DNA of 64,000 nucleotides from an uncultured Pseudomonadota bacterium (GTDB lineage Bacteria; Pseudomonadota; Gammaproteobacteria; Burkholderiales; SG8-39): NCBI GenBank assembly GCA_903834835.1, contig CAILKO010000008.1, positions 82,684 to 146,683 of the forward strand, read 5' to 3'. Shown piece by piece: positions 19,101 to 24,529 of this stretch (position 1 is its first letter; each line of letters starts with the position of its first letter). The notes under the pieces were generated by a model. It saw only the letters and a program-made list of their open reading frames with translations, ran no database searches and was not told where the DNA came from. The position numbers and the translations under genes were made by a program.

Positions 19101-21398
19101 GCGGGCACGAGCGTGACTTCGGTGGTGGGCAACGTGGTGATCGGCGGCACGGGCGGCGGCACAGGCTCCTCGACGGATAACGTCGGGGTGCTGATCGCGG
19201 GTGATTCCGACGTGCAGACGAGCGGCGTTGCGACGGTGGCGATCAACGGCGACGGCGGTACGACGAGCGGTGATCGCAACTACGGCGTGCAGATCGACGG
19301 CAGCGGCACGGCGGTGACGAGCACGGCGACGGGCGCGAACGTGACGATTACGGGTAACGGCAAGGGCACGGGCGCGGACGAGATCGGCGTGCGGGTGTCG
19401 AATGCCGCGCTGGTGACGACGGCGGGCGCGGGCAACCTCGCGCTGGTCGGTAACGGCTCGACGACGGGCATGGGTACCAACTACGGTATCCAGGTCGATA
19501 GCGATGCCGACATCACTTCGACGAAGGCCACTGCAACGGCGGGCACGGTGAACCTGACGGGCACAGGCGGCGGCACGAGCGGGAACAGCAACTACGGTGT
19601 GTTCCTGACCGGAGCGGGCACGAGCGTGACGTCGGTGGTGGGCAACGTGGTGATCGGCGGCACGGGCGGCGGCACAGGCTCCTCGACGGATAACGTCGGT
19701 GTGCTGATCGCGAGCGACGTGGATGTGCAGACGACCGATGTGGCGACCATCGCGATCACGGGTACGGGCGGCGCGACGAGCGGCGCGGGTAACCGCGGTG
19801 TCCAAGTCACCGGCGGCGGTTCCAGCGTGACGACGACGAGTGCCGCGCTGCGTCTGACCGGCACGGGAGCCGGCACGGGCGGCACGAGCACCGGCGTCCA
19901 ACTCGATACCGGCGCCCTGCTCAGCACGGCCACAGGTAGCGTGACCGTGATCGGCACGGGCGCAGGTGCGATGGCAACCGATGCGGGCGTCGCGATGCAG
20001 GGTGCCACGGCCGAAGCCACGGGCAGCGGCAGCGTGGTCCTGATCGGTACCGGCGGCGCGGGCGCGGCCGGCATCGAGACCTCGGGCGGCGGCAACACCA
20101 TCGGGAATGCCGGCATGACAGGCAACATCCTGATGCGCAGCCTCTCAGGCACGGGCATGATCTCGGATGCGAGCATCGTGACCACGGCCAATGTCACGCT
20201 GAATTCCGAGGGCGGCACCGGCTTCACGCAGACGGCGGGTGGCAGCATCGTCGCCGACGGCCTGCGCGTGCTGGGATCGGGTACGTTCACGATCGATCAG
20301 GCCGGCAACGCGATCAATACGATCGCGGGCGACCTGACGGCGACGAGCACGCTCACGCTGGTGGAAGCAGGTGGCCTCTCGATCGGTACCTTGACCACCG
20401 ATTCGATCGGCAATCCCGTGACCGTTACGACCAGCACCGGCCTGAACATCGCCGGTGACGCGAACCTCACCACGACGGGCAACCTGACTCAGGTCAGCAA
20501 GGCGGTCATTACCGGCACGACGACGATCGACGTCGGCACCGGCAACGACATCCTGCTGAACACGGTTGCTGCAAACGACTTCGGCACCCTGGCGGTCACG
20601 GCAGCGAACAATCTGTCGGTGACCAATACGGGCGACATCGATCTCGGCACCATCACGCTGGGCACGACGATCCCGACCACGCCGCCGACTGCCGGAGGCA
20701 ACCTGACGGTGTCGGCGACAGGTGCGGTGACGGATTCGGGCACGCTGACGATCCCGGGCATCGCATCCTTCACCGGTGGCAACATGACGCTGGACACGCC
20801 GACGAACAACTTCAGTTCGGTCACGTTGAACAGCACGGGTGACGTGACGCTGGTCGATGCGACTGAAATCGTGTTCAACACCTCCAACGTCACGGGCGCG
20901 CTCACCGCAACAGCCGGCGGATCGATCAACAGCACCGGGCTGGTTAGCGTTGGAAGCTCGACCTTTACCTCGGCCTCGGGCGGTATCGGAACCCTGCTGA
21001 CCCCGTTTGCGCTGGCGACCAACAACTTCATCACGCTTGTGATCACGGGAAATGTCCCGGGCAGCCCGGCGGCCGGTTTCGTGACGAACGCGGGAGGAGG
21101 CTTGCTGAATCTCCTGCCGCCGACCGGCCTGGTGCAGTTCCAGATCGTTGAGTTCCAGCCGCCACCGCCGGCCACGGCGTCGGCCTTCTACTCGGCCAAT
21201 TTCGTGGATCTGATCTACGGGCTGATGACTGACGACTCGTACGGCACGGACAGCCCGTCGATCATCGTGATCGACCGCTTCGGCGGCTACGTGGGCCGGA
21301 TCCCCCGGGGCGCCGACGTGATGCGTGATGGCGGGATGCGACTGCCGGCGGGGCTCTCCAGCCTGACCGAAGAAGAGTTGCGCCGTCGCGGAGGGTAA
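4191..21398 (+). CDS. Giant TpsA exoprotein (filamentous-hemagglutinin-type TPS secretion domain plus Gly/Thr-rich repeat body), 5,735 aa
   Basis: Uninterrupted ORF 4116..21398. The likely start is ATG 4191 (MTTNDAGLF...), followed by a signal peptide ending ..SSIAQPVLAQ. TPS (hemagglutination activity) domain motifs are present: QATISTSGSNMLVNQGTARASLDWQSFSIGSGASVVFNQPSASAIALNRVVG, ANGQVFLINPSGVVF, VNVGGIVASAL. The rest of the protein is repeats. Confidence 0.9.
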   Translation: MTTNDAGLFGKSTLGTRTGGTGRTGLARLRTPLCRAIVFAAAFSSIAQPVLAQVAAGTLPTGATVNAGQATISTSGSNMLVNQGTARASLDWQSFSIGSGASVVFNQPSASAIALNRVVGNDVSQIFGSLSANGQVFLINPSGVVFAPGAQVNVGGIVASALNISDADFLAGRYVFNGNGAGSVVNQGSIITSPGGYAALFARTAANEGLIVARAGSVAIASGERVTMDFVGDGLMNVVVDRAALGALAANRGLIQADGGRVIMTARAAGDLVGTVLNQTGVIEAKSVSTRNGEIVLDGGSTGVTSVAGKLDASGGAGQTGGSVSVTGHMVGLYGADVNASGGAGGGSILIGGGAHGANPNVANAFRTYVDAGTTLNADAVTSGNGGTVVVWADDVTRYYGSLSARGGAEAGNGGFAEVSGKESLVFRGTADLRAPNGAVGTLLLDPRNIEIKTGGTDGVAANDTFAENSSTDATILPADLVTALNTANVRLQANNDITVTNDVDASGGGNYGLTLEAGRSIAINADVILNGFFTAIANTDDILLSVADRTVSTQATFSMTNGKSINTSTAGADITIQMQRGGGNAGFDSGNIEISALNAGSGNVLIKQDGQSPGSSIVRTAASLITAASVALDISNAANTSGTIGATGAGNAIRVSTPNLEARTQNGSVFLESVSTVNIGGATLGGLTGINAGTGNVTLASNDAVAQTEAITANTLTVKTLKDGGAAIALTATANEVATIDLRARNTADNANAAGAISYTDSSGFDVAAAHTTSTVTLVGGGAITDSGFLTGTTLTATTLNNGGAAITLDNASNEFTTVSLNARDAGNANNAAGAITYVDATGFTASAQGASTVNLTATTSDLTVGAGNIVTNSGTVTLTASEAAAKIIGTGSISTVGGATAGAAVTLKSDKMDVGAINSGTGLVSLTPNADARAIEVGTGASDASALGITHTELAGITTTGGVTIGSATNTGGITVVGAADQSAGAITGGTFTLRSNSGNIAINDVLTNAVDTTLQTTSGNISFGGTAGAVVAAGKTVTLTATGGNIEGAGGASFNNVTASTLNATASSGIGNTNALETIVSTLSFTNTTNKVQVTNSLGGGVTVSGTNAGTGSVNIAETLGSLTVGAADIVTNSGAVTLTASGVGQAIISAAGSDVSTIGGASAGAAVTLKSDNLTLGGLVTAGTGLVTLRPNLDAVNIQVGATATDAAGTLGVDDAELDKITTTGGLTIGSSSNTGTITVVGAADQATGATITGGTFTLRSNSGNIAVNDVLTNAVNTTLQTTSGNISFGGTAGAVVATGNTVTLTATAGNIEGDGAAFNNVTASTLNATASSGIGNTNALETVVSTLSFTNSTNKVQVSNALAGGLTASGTNGAGAVNITETAGSLAVGSADIVTTGGAVTLVASGANKLISSASGANIQTSGGAVTLQSDNIDLAGTIASGAGLVTLTPNANAVAIQVGTGAVDDVGILGITNTELDRITTTGGVTIGSATNTGGITVVGAADQATGATITGAGVFTLLSDTGNIVVNNALSNAVDTTLTTNSGNISFGTAGAITAATKTVTLTATAGTIEGHATALTNVTAGTLNATARDGIGTSNRLETAVSTLSFANTNNDVQVTNSLAGGVTVSGTNAGVGAVNLTETLGNLTVGGDIVTDSGAVTLTASGANKAIITTAATDVKTDSVGAGAAVTFVADNMTLNTTGTIIAGSGLVTLRPNANNVAIQVGAGATDAAGVLAITDTELDQITTTGGITIGSSTNTGGITVVGAADQATGATIAGGTFTLLSNSGTINVNATLTNAIDTTLQTTSGNIVFGAAGSVDAGTNVVNLTATGGSISGNAATFNNVTAATLNATASSGIGNTNALETAVTNLNFANTTNAVQFTNSVGGAVTVSGTNAGTGAVNITETTGDLVVGAADIVTNSGAVTLTNTANASSIISAAGSDISTTGGATAGAAVTLVADNMDLVGATTSGTATTTLRQFTNGTQIDLGGPGANGTVLGISSPELDTITAGMIKIGNSNTGDVTVTSAIAPTGTGTLSIQSGTTISQNSNLATITETNLALRAVTGITLTANGSSTAGEGNTVDNLAAITSGAAAINFRNNATMTVGTIDSVDGVSTANGAIGITVAGNSAGATNLLVDRVRAGTTTPGGTITLTASNAGAGAANIFEAPLGGGTGDVAIDIQTSGSMVLDAKTAIGQPVGTAAEAIEISAGTLTPNSGAGGVYLTQTGDVTLGAFTTNGDFAFTAIGTVTVGGAMRVDGNTTLKAQGTSADVIISNAITRVNDAAGSFTMQADRNIVFNTASTNPGTTVGSFTAQNATGSGAGATAVTFNADRDALGGGAIYVNAGSTIDSNNGAVILGGGLSPSTVAAIGNAATSGTNAILGTSGNSMVNGITIEGQILAGTGNVTLTGQSKVTSANVAGVVIRDGGNAGVPTQILTTTGNITINGVGDQGAGNTQGVLIDGVSGTATTTATVQTTSGTIAITGSHNSPVTLASNAGVLVTGGAVISSTSNSNTAGAVTLTGTGGAGSGNFDNGVVITGTSTVVSVDGAALNLVGTGGGGGATGGASNVGVQIAGAADVKSIGSGKVTLTGTGGATNGGGNLGIEVTGTNTQLRSTSTGATALRVDLVGTGGAGSGAADGGILIDSSAQVSTATGNIAFTGTGGGGGGADASNVGVTVANSAKVTTTSSGSVAITGTGGASNGGTNYGIAVLSAGQVESTQTVAGAGTITFTGTGGSGTGNTDAGILVNGSGTKVTTTVGNITFTGTGGADTTGTTNHGIVVANSAIVETKGVAQVTLDGTGSVTANGGTNYGILVDSSGTVRSTGSTLTGTSGKITLIGSGGLGTGSDDGGIRIANAGSVRTKDAEIEFQGFGGTDTTGGASYGIVLDGGIVSTTGDGSILLTGVGGAAAGGANTGISTLNSALIESTAANGVNPAGTITLAGTGGAADAGPGDHGIAITGTSTVSSKDGAIAITGIGGPLATTTGGSNNVGVIVYTGSEVKSTGLAVIGITGTGGDGTNQNRGVQIDVGGKVTGTSTSTGNITITGTGTGTGTDNYGVHITSNTAAASVISSAGTGAISITGTGSSTGTSDNVGVAISNTTAGVTGSNAGSQITTAQTGGITITGTGRGTTSNNYGVSIGGAALVSTAGNGTVAITGTGSATGTSGNAGILLASDADITSTKSTAGAGTLTLTGTGGAGSTTDNAGIVITGAGTSIVSSVGAIAATGTGAGTGASGYGVALASGAKIQSTNTATIGVTGTGANTAGNLQQGVRVDGATITTVSGDVTLAGVANGSGTGSAGVLIANTGKVESTGSADLFITGTGANGAPGIASNDGTTTVGTNTIGSATMTGDVLLRSLAGTGIALTNVNIVTQAATPGADVTINLVGGGNAVQVTNSGSIVASGLRIINDSTTSAVTLDSTSNNVNFLAANLTGLASTLSYTDSTGYAISTLTTDHDANSGNADTSTSGLTVGTVGTTANTIQLTAGAAVTQSTASDNVTTDGLNLLGAGNYTLTNIGNNITVLNGNVTTSGTSFIKFTDTNSVAIQRVVTPQAAGNNVTITAGAGGSGSITDFTPAGTEGSGNENIVTHTAILSAASGTIGAATADPDLDTDAVVLRAATTGAGNGIYITETNDVQLGDATSGISAAGDLVISTTAGSITTTTTAASSIAFGGNATISAGGTTSDLTISTNVVGTGSAGNTLRLNADNSIFVNTGADVSTTNAMNVVFNSDFDGSGAGRIKIGSTAGGDAGSVITSNGGNITLGGGNVNPALNAALGTSTTTAGVELSNGAQLQASTGNISIRGQSASGTTTVAGGGVNVLGGSIVQTTTGSITIDGKVDTAAGTSAGVQLDGTNTKVTSATGNIGITGSHLGTATGTFNRGIVMTTNAAVETTGSGTVTLTGTGGTGASATDNYGIQIASGADVISSQATAGAGTLTLTGTAAATTGASNVNLGVFVTGAGTTVTSKVGDVAITGTSNATGTGQYNIGVLVANDAIVSTTGVANVTVTGTGAASTGKNDYGVAILADGKIRSTVATGSLAQGTITISGTASGSGNSDGGVALGNADGLVTASATGGDISSVDGAISVTGISNSTGLNAYGIGAKENSSITSTGIATTSLIGTGGTGASGTNYGVWVLDTSDVVSSGSGATTITGTGRGTGNSNTGVVISDAGTTVTTVSGLLTIGGTSNATGSGTTNRGVLITTAADVISTGSGNIVITGTGATTAGNSNEGLTIESSGTSVDSQGTGLITLTGTGNGTASGNVGVVVNTTALVTSVTGNIGITGTSAATGTGSTNHGVDILGGGDVTSTGAAKINIVGTGAATSGSGSYGVLVTGTGSSVQSTANNAAATITISGDGFGTGGSASGVVVESSALVTSLTGNIGITGDSKVTTGSGNNNYGVHVASAADVTTTGAATITLTGSGGTTSGTNNEGVYIQGTGTPGQTTVTSSATTGGTITIGGTARGSGGTERGVVVDAGGLVQSKDGAIAITGTSSASAGNNNVGIVVASGADVISTGIATINLTGTGAATTGTDNYGVYLAGNASAGGTSIDSQASSLGGAITIGGTGQGTGGTERGVFMDSSARVTSVSGNIGITGTSSATGGSNNSGVVMATNADVITTGTANVSITGNGGNVAAGSNQYGIQLLSGADVKSTGSAVGSGTILLDGNAGAGTDDNIGVYLTDIGTSVTSVRGNITLLGDAAVGGTPGTGNRGVAIENTALVSSTAQANIVVTGNGAAGTAANYGIQLANGADITSSSTGTITLTGTGGAGSGNNNFGVEIQSTGTTLTAVNGNVTITGTGGGSAATTNNYGVNVEGAALIETSGTASIGITGTGGTTTGGSNYGVRVSDASTTIRSTATGGNITITGDGKGSGASETGIRVTTSALVTTVGAGNLALVGTGSTTGTGTNYGIQVDGGADITSTKATATAGTITLTGTGGGTTGSNNYGVFLTGAGTSVTSVVGNVVIGGTGGGTGSSTDNVGVLIAGDSDVQTSGVATVAINGDGGTTSGDRNYGVQIDGSGTAVTSTATGANVTITGNGKGTGADEIGVRVSNAALVTTAGAGNLALVGNGSTTGMGTNYGIQVDSDADITSTKATATAGTVNLTGTGGGTSGNSNYGVFLTGAGTSVTSVVGNVVIGGTGGGTGSSTDNVGVLIASDVDVQTTDVATIAITGTGGATSGAGNRGVQVTGGGSSVTTTSAALRLTGTGAGTGGTSTGVQLDTGALLSTATGSVTVIGTGAGAMATDAGVAMQGATAEATGSGSVVLIGTGGAGAAGIETSGGGNTIGNAGMTGNILMRSLSGTGMISDASIVTTANVTLNSEGGTGFTQTAGGSIVADGLRVLGSGTFTIDQAGNAINTIAGDLTATSTLTLVEAGGLSIGTLTTDSIGNPVTVTTSTGLNIAGDANLTTTGNLTQVSKAVITGTTTIDVGTGNDILLNTVAANDFGTLAVTAANNLSVTNTGDIDLGTITLGTTIPTTPPTAGGNLTVSATGAVTDSGTLTIPGIASFTGGNMTLDTPTNNFSSVTLNSTGDVTLVDATEIVFNTSNVTGALTATAGGSINSTGLVSVGSSTFTSASGGIGTLLTPFALATNNFITLVITGNVPGSPAAGFVTNAGGGLLNLLPPTGLVQFQIVEFQPPPPATASAFYSANFVDLIYGLMTDDSYGTDSPSIIVIDRFGGYVGRIPRGADVMRDGGMRLPAGLSSLTEEELRRRGG
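7037..10205 (+). repeat. Four tandem ~800-nt (~265-aa) coding modules inside tpsA
   Basis: Module starts are at about 7037, 7836, 8617 and 9413, with a truncated fifth at about 10206. Each begins (T/D)-(T/A/P)-EL(A/D)x-ITTTGG(V/L/I)TIGS and contains TFTL(R/L)SNSGNI..., TTLQTTSGNISFG and NATASSGIGNTNALET. A half-module precedes them at about 6700-7030. Confidence 0.8.
11760..20060 (+). repeat. Two long arrays of ~30-aa T-G-T-G-G-type modules inside tpsA
   Basis: There are dozens of units of the form (I/V)T(L/F/I)TGTGG-x3-G-x2-N-x-G(V/I)-x-(V/I)-x5-V-x-S(T). Array 1 spans about 11760-14220 and array 2 about 15880-20060. Each array is followed by a similar cap block beginning MTG(D/N)(V/I)L(L/M)RSL(A/S)GTG, at 14271 and 20116. 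Confidence 0.7.
18766..19791 (+). repeat. 513-nt tandem duplication inside tpsA array 2
   Basis: 18766-19278 and 19279-19791 are collinear copies of 171 aa each. The sub-block 19078-19200 versus 19591-19713 is nearly identical (I see 2 mismatches). The remainder is clearly more diverged. Confidence 0.8.
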
Positions 21399-21450
21399 AC
21401 CGCCTGTAGACGGGATCGCGGGCATGCCGGAAGTCGGCAGCGCCCGCGCG

Positions 21451-21492
21451 ATGCCCCGGAATCCCGATGAGGGACCGGGGCATTTTCTTCTT
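21451..21492 (+). terminator. Intrinsic terminator downstream of tpsA
   Basis: A 9-bp stem ATGCCCCGG/CCGGGGCAT (21451-21459 and 21475-21483) is followed by TTTTCTTCTT. It lies 50 nt after the tpsA stop and abuts the stop of the convergent decarboxylase gene. Confidence 0.6.
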
Positions 21493-23510
21493 CAGCGGTC
21501 GATGCGCTTGAGCTTGCGTTCTTCCGCAGGCGTAAGCACGCGCACGCAGGGCAGGTAGCCCTGGTAGACGATGCCGTGCAGTTCCAGGCGCTTCTGCGTG
21601 CGCAGCAGATCGCCCAGATACTCGACGATTTCCATCGTGATGGTCTGGCCCGGAACGAGCACGGGTATGCCCGGCGGGTAGGGCACGATCTGGTCAGCAC
21701 AGACGCGCCCGGCCAGTTCCTTGTTGGGGCGCTCCCGGTCGTCGAGCGAGGGCATGAGCTGGCCACCGCAGTAGTAGGCGTCGCGCGGCAGATAGCGCAG
21801 GCGCGTGAAGCCCGGGATCTCGGGCGTCTGCACCGGACGGCGCGGCGGACGGCCTTCGCGCGCAATGCGCATCAGCGCGTCGTACAGGCGCGAGACCTTG
21901 GAGCGGGTCGTGCCGATAGTGAGCAGCAGCGTCAGCGTATTGAAGGTCGATTTCTCGACCTGGATATTGAAGCGCTCGAAGAGCTCGCGCTGCAGATCGT
22001 CCACCGTATACCCGCACCCCGCGATGTCGATCGTCACCTTGGTGGGATCGAGCTGGATGCCGTCGTGACGCACGTCCTCGGGCAGCAGATCCTCCAGCTC
22101 GAGGACCCGGAACACCTTGGTCGCGTTGATCTGCGCGCGCAGTTCCTTGGCGAGCACCAGCGTGCGCGACAGCAGCTTGTAGCCTTCCATCATGGCCTGC
22201 TTGCGCGCGACATCGAGACTGGCGATCAACCCGTACTGGGGGCTGGTCGACGTATGCATGTTGAAGTTCTCGCGGAACAGATGCTCGTTGAAGCTCGGGT
22301 CGTTCACGTGAATCATCGAGGCCTGCGAGAAAGCCGAGAGCACCTTGTGCGTCGATTGCGTCGCATAGTCGGCGCCGGCCTCGAGCGCCGTCGGACGGAA
22401 GGCCGGATGAAAGCGCGCGAAACCGTACCAGGCCTCGTCGATGATCACCTTGATGCCCTTGGCGTGCGCCGCGCGGACGATGGGTTCCAGGTCGTAGCGC
22501 AGGCCGTCGTAGGTGCAGGAGGTGAGGATCAGGGCTTCCGCATCCGGATGCGCTTCGATCGCGTCCAGGATGAGTTTCTTCGGCACCGGCCCGTAAAGAC
22601 CGTATTTGCGATTCAGCGACGAGTCGAGGTAGATCGGGTGCGCGCCCGAGAGCACCACGCCGTGGTGCACGCTCTTGTGACAGTTGCGATCGAGCAGCAG
22701 CTTCTCGCCGGGCGCGAGCAGCGTCTGGAAGATCACCTTGTTCGCCGTCGAGGTGCCGTTGGTTGCGAAGAAGGTCCGGTTCGCGCCGAAGGCCTTGGCG
22801 GCCATGGTCTGCGCCTCGTGGATCACGCCCTTCGGTTCCATCAGCGAATCGAGCATCGGCACGGATACCGAGAGGTCCGCATCGAACACATGCTCGCCCA
22901 TGAATTCATAGAAATCGTTCACCCAGGGGCTGCCACGCAGCGATTCACCGGACGAATGGCCCGGGGTATGCCACTGGTCCTTGGCCATCCACACGTAGTT
23001 CTTCAGCTGGTCGTAGAACGGCGTGCGCGCAATTTCATGCAGCTGCGCGTTCAGGATGCGGTAGATGCCGCGGTAGTCCTTCTCTTCGCGATAGAAATAG
23101 CCGTCCACCGCCTCGGTGAAGAGGGCATCGACGACGTCGTCCTCCTTTTCCTGCGCGATCAGAATGTAGACCGAGAGCTCCGGCCGGAAGCGCGTGATCC
23201 GCTGCACGAGTTCCAGCGCCGACATCTGCAGGCGCGGCGCAGGCTTCTTGCGCGCGCCGAGCTTCGCGCCGTGCTTCTGCGGCTTGCCCGCCCCGGGCAG
23301 CGAATACAAGGTGTCGTCCACGAGCACGGCCTGCAGGTCGCCGTCCTCTTCGATTGCGGCGAGCGCTTCCTTCGCCGTGTTCACGCCGTAGAAACTCACG
23401 CCGAGCGGATTGTCGAGCGCGCGCGCCGCCGCGTTCAGGCCTTTGACGAACTCGCGCAGGACAAGGTGTTCATCGTTGATGACGAGAATCCGACTGATGG
23501 GTTTGGCCAT
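21492..23510 (-). CDS. Orn/Lys/Arg decarboxylase family enzyme (fold-I PLP, with N-terminal receiver-like wing domain)
   Basis: Part of ORF 21492..23666(-). The conserved sequence starts at MAKPISRILVINDE (ATG 23510). The PLP-lysine motif is YATQSTHKVLSAFSQASMIHV. TPGHSSG and FFATNGTSTANK are typical of biodegradative Lys/Arg/Orn decarboxylases. Confidence 0.85.
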   Translation of the reverse strand: MAKPISRILVINDEHLVLREFVKGLNAAARALDNPLGVSFYGVNTAKEALAAIEEDGDLQAVLVDDTLYSLPGAGKPQKHGAKLGARKKPAPRLQMSALELVQRITRFRPELSVYILIAQEKEDDVVDALFTEAVDGYFYREEKDYRGIYRILNAQLHEIARTPFYDQLKNYVWMAKDQWHTPGHSSGESLRGSPWVNDFYEFMGEHVFDADLSVSVPMLDSLMEPKGVIHEAQTMAAKAFGANRTFFATNGTSTANKVIFQTLLAPGEKLLLDRNCHKSVHHGVVLSGAHPIYLDSSLNRKYGLYGPVPKKLILDAIEAHPDAEALILTSCTYDGLRYDLEPIVRAAHAKGIKVIIDEAWYGFARFHPAFRPTALEAGADYATQSTHKVLSAFSQASMIHVNDPSFNEHLFRENFNMHTSTSPQYGLIASLDVARKQAMMEGYKLLSRTLVLAKELRAQINATKVFRVLELEDLLPEDVRHDGIQLDPTKVTIDIAGCGYTVDDLQRELFERFNIQVEKSTFNTLTLLLTIGTTRSKVSRLYDALMRIAREGRPPRRPVQTPEIPGFTRLRYLPRDAYYCGGQLMPSLDDRERPNKELAGRVCADQIVPYPPGIPVLVPGQTITMEIVEYLGDLLRTQKRLELHGIVYQGYLPCVRVLTPAEERKLKRIDR

Positions 23511-23623
23511 GGAGGAGTTCGAGTGCAGGAACAGGGATCGGAGTCCGGCGCAACGGCCGGAAGAGGGGCGGAACGATGGGCCAAAAGCGCAGGGATTGCA
23601 AGCCTGCCCCCTATAATCCCGCG

Positions 23624-24049
23624 ATGCCAGAGCCCATTCAGGACACCGCTGCAGACGCCGACGCACAGCGGCCGATCGAGCTCGTCATCATGGGCATTAC
23701 CCAGGCGGGCCAGGTGTTTCGTCCGAGCGATTGGGCGGAGCGGCTGTGCGGCATCATGAGCGCCTTCGGCGGCGATCACCGGATGCAGTACTCGCCCTAT
23801 GTCTATCCGATCTCTGCGGCGGGCATGCGCTGCGTGGTGGTCGATCTGAGGCTGGAAGGCCGCGAACCCATGGCCTACCGGTTCCTTCTCAGCTTCGCGA
23901 AAGACAACGAACTGCGCACGCGCGAGGGCAGGGTGGAGGAGCGCACGCTGCTCGCGCAACTCTCGCGCGGCGAGGAGCCGGCGGCGCTCGCGCGATCCGG
24001 CCGGCAGGCCGATGGGCAGGCGGATGGTACCGGTGGTGCGGGTGGGTGA
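23624..24049 (+). CDS. DUF3579-like conserved hypothetical protein
   Basis: Part of ORF 23576..24049. The segment ELVIMGITQAGQVFRPSDWAERLCGIMSAF...YSPYVYPI...VVVD resembles the DUF3579 family, which I recall from betaproteobacteria. The start (ATG 23624) is uncertain, and the Gly/Ala/Asp-rich tail is atypical. Confidence 0.5.
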   Translation: MPEPIQDTAADADAQRPIELVIMGITQAGQVFRPSDWAERLCGIMSAFGGDHRMQYSPYVYPISAAGMRCVVVDLRLEGREPMAYRFLLSFAKDNELRTREGRVEERTLLAQLSRGEEPAALARSGRQADGQADGTGGAGG

Positions 24050-24134
24050 ATCCTTGGCGCGCGCAATGCAAACAGCGCGCGCTCGGCGCTCCTGCTCACT
24101 GGCCAGCGGCAGGATGCGCCAGGATGAGGGCTGC

Positions 24135-24401
24135 CTACTGCTGAAGGGCCTTCATCGCGTGCGCGAGGCGGCTTTTCTGACGGTCGGCGGCATTGCGGTG
24201 CAGGATGCCCTTTGCCGTCACGCGATCAATGACGCTCTGGGAGCGCAGCAGGGCGGCGGCGGCGGCGGTCTTGTCGCCTGCGGCAATCGCCTTCCTGGCG
24301 TTCTTGATGGCGGTACGCGCCATGGTGCGCAGGCTCATGTTGGCCTTGCGTTGAATGTCGGACTGTCGTGCCCGTTTCTGGGCAGATTTGATGTTGGCCA
24401 T
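24135..24401 (-). CDS. rpsT: 30S ribosomal protein S20
   Basis: 88 aa: MANIKSAQKRARQSDIQRKANMSLRTMARTAIK...ILHRNAADRQKSRLAHAMKAL. This is a canonical S20 sequence. Confidence 0.95.
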   Translation of the reverse strand: MANIKSAQKRARQSDIQRKANMSLRTMARTAIKNARKAIAAGDKTAAAAALLRSQSVIDRVTAKGILHRNAADRQKSRLAHAMKALQQ

Positions 24402-24529
24402 GAGTCTGGGTTCCGGCTGAAAAAGGGGCGAATTCTATCTTTTCGCCACAGGCGAGGCAAGGTAAATCCAGCCGGTGTGGCGGAGCGCAGAGACGCGGAC
24501 CTCATCCGGATCGCTTTCGGGGTCGGCGC

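Noticed and set aside
13878-19901. 2,007-aa stop-free ORF antisense to tpsA, the second-longest ORF in the track
   Set aside because: Its translation is low-complexity and Arg/Ala/Asp/Gly-rich, with no recognisable motif. It lies exactly opposite the Gly/Thr/Ala-rich repeat arrays, whose GGC/ACC/GCG-type codons cannot generate stops on the complementary strand. The plus-strand frame is anchored by a bona fide TPS domain and continuous repeats. I treat it as a shadow ORF.
21040-21500. Contact-dependent inhibition (CdiA-CT/CdiI) module at the end of the giant TpsA
   Set aside because: I saw no VENN-like pretoxin motif and no recognisable nuclease or pore-former motif. There is no room for a downstream immunity gene, because a terminator and then a convergent decarboxylase stop follow within about 95 nt. 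I kept the absence itself as a low-interest note.
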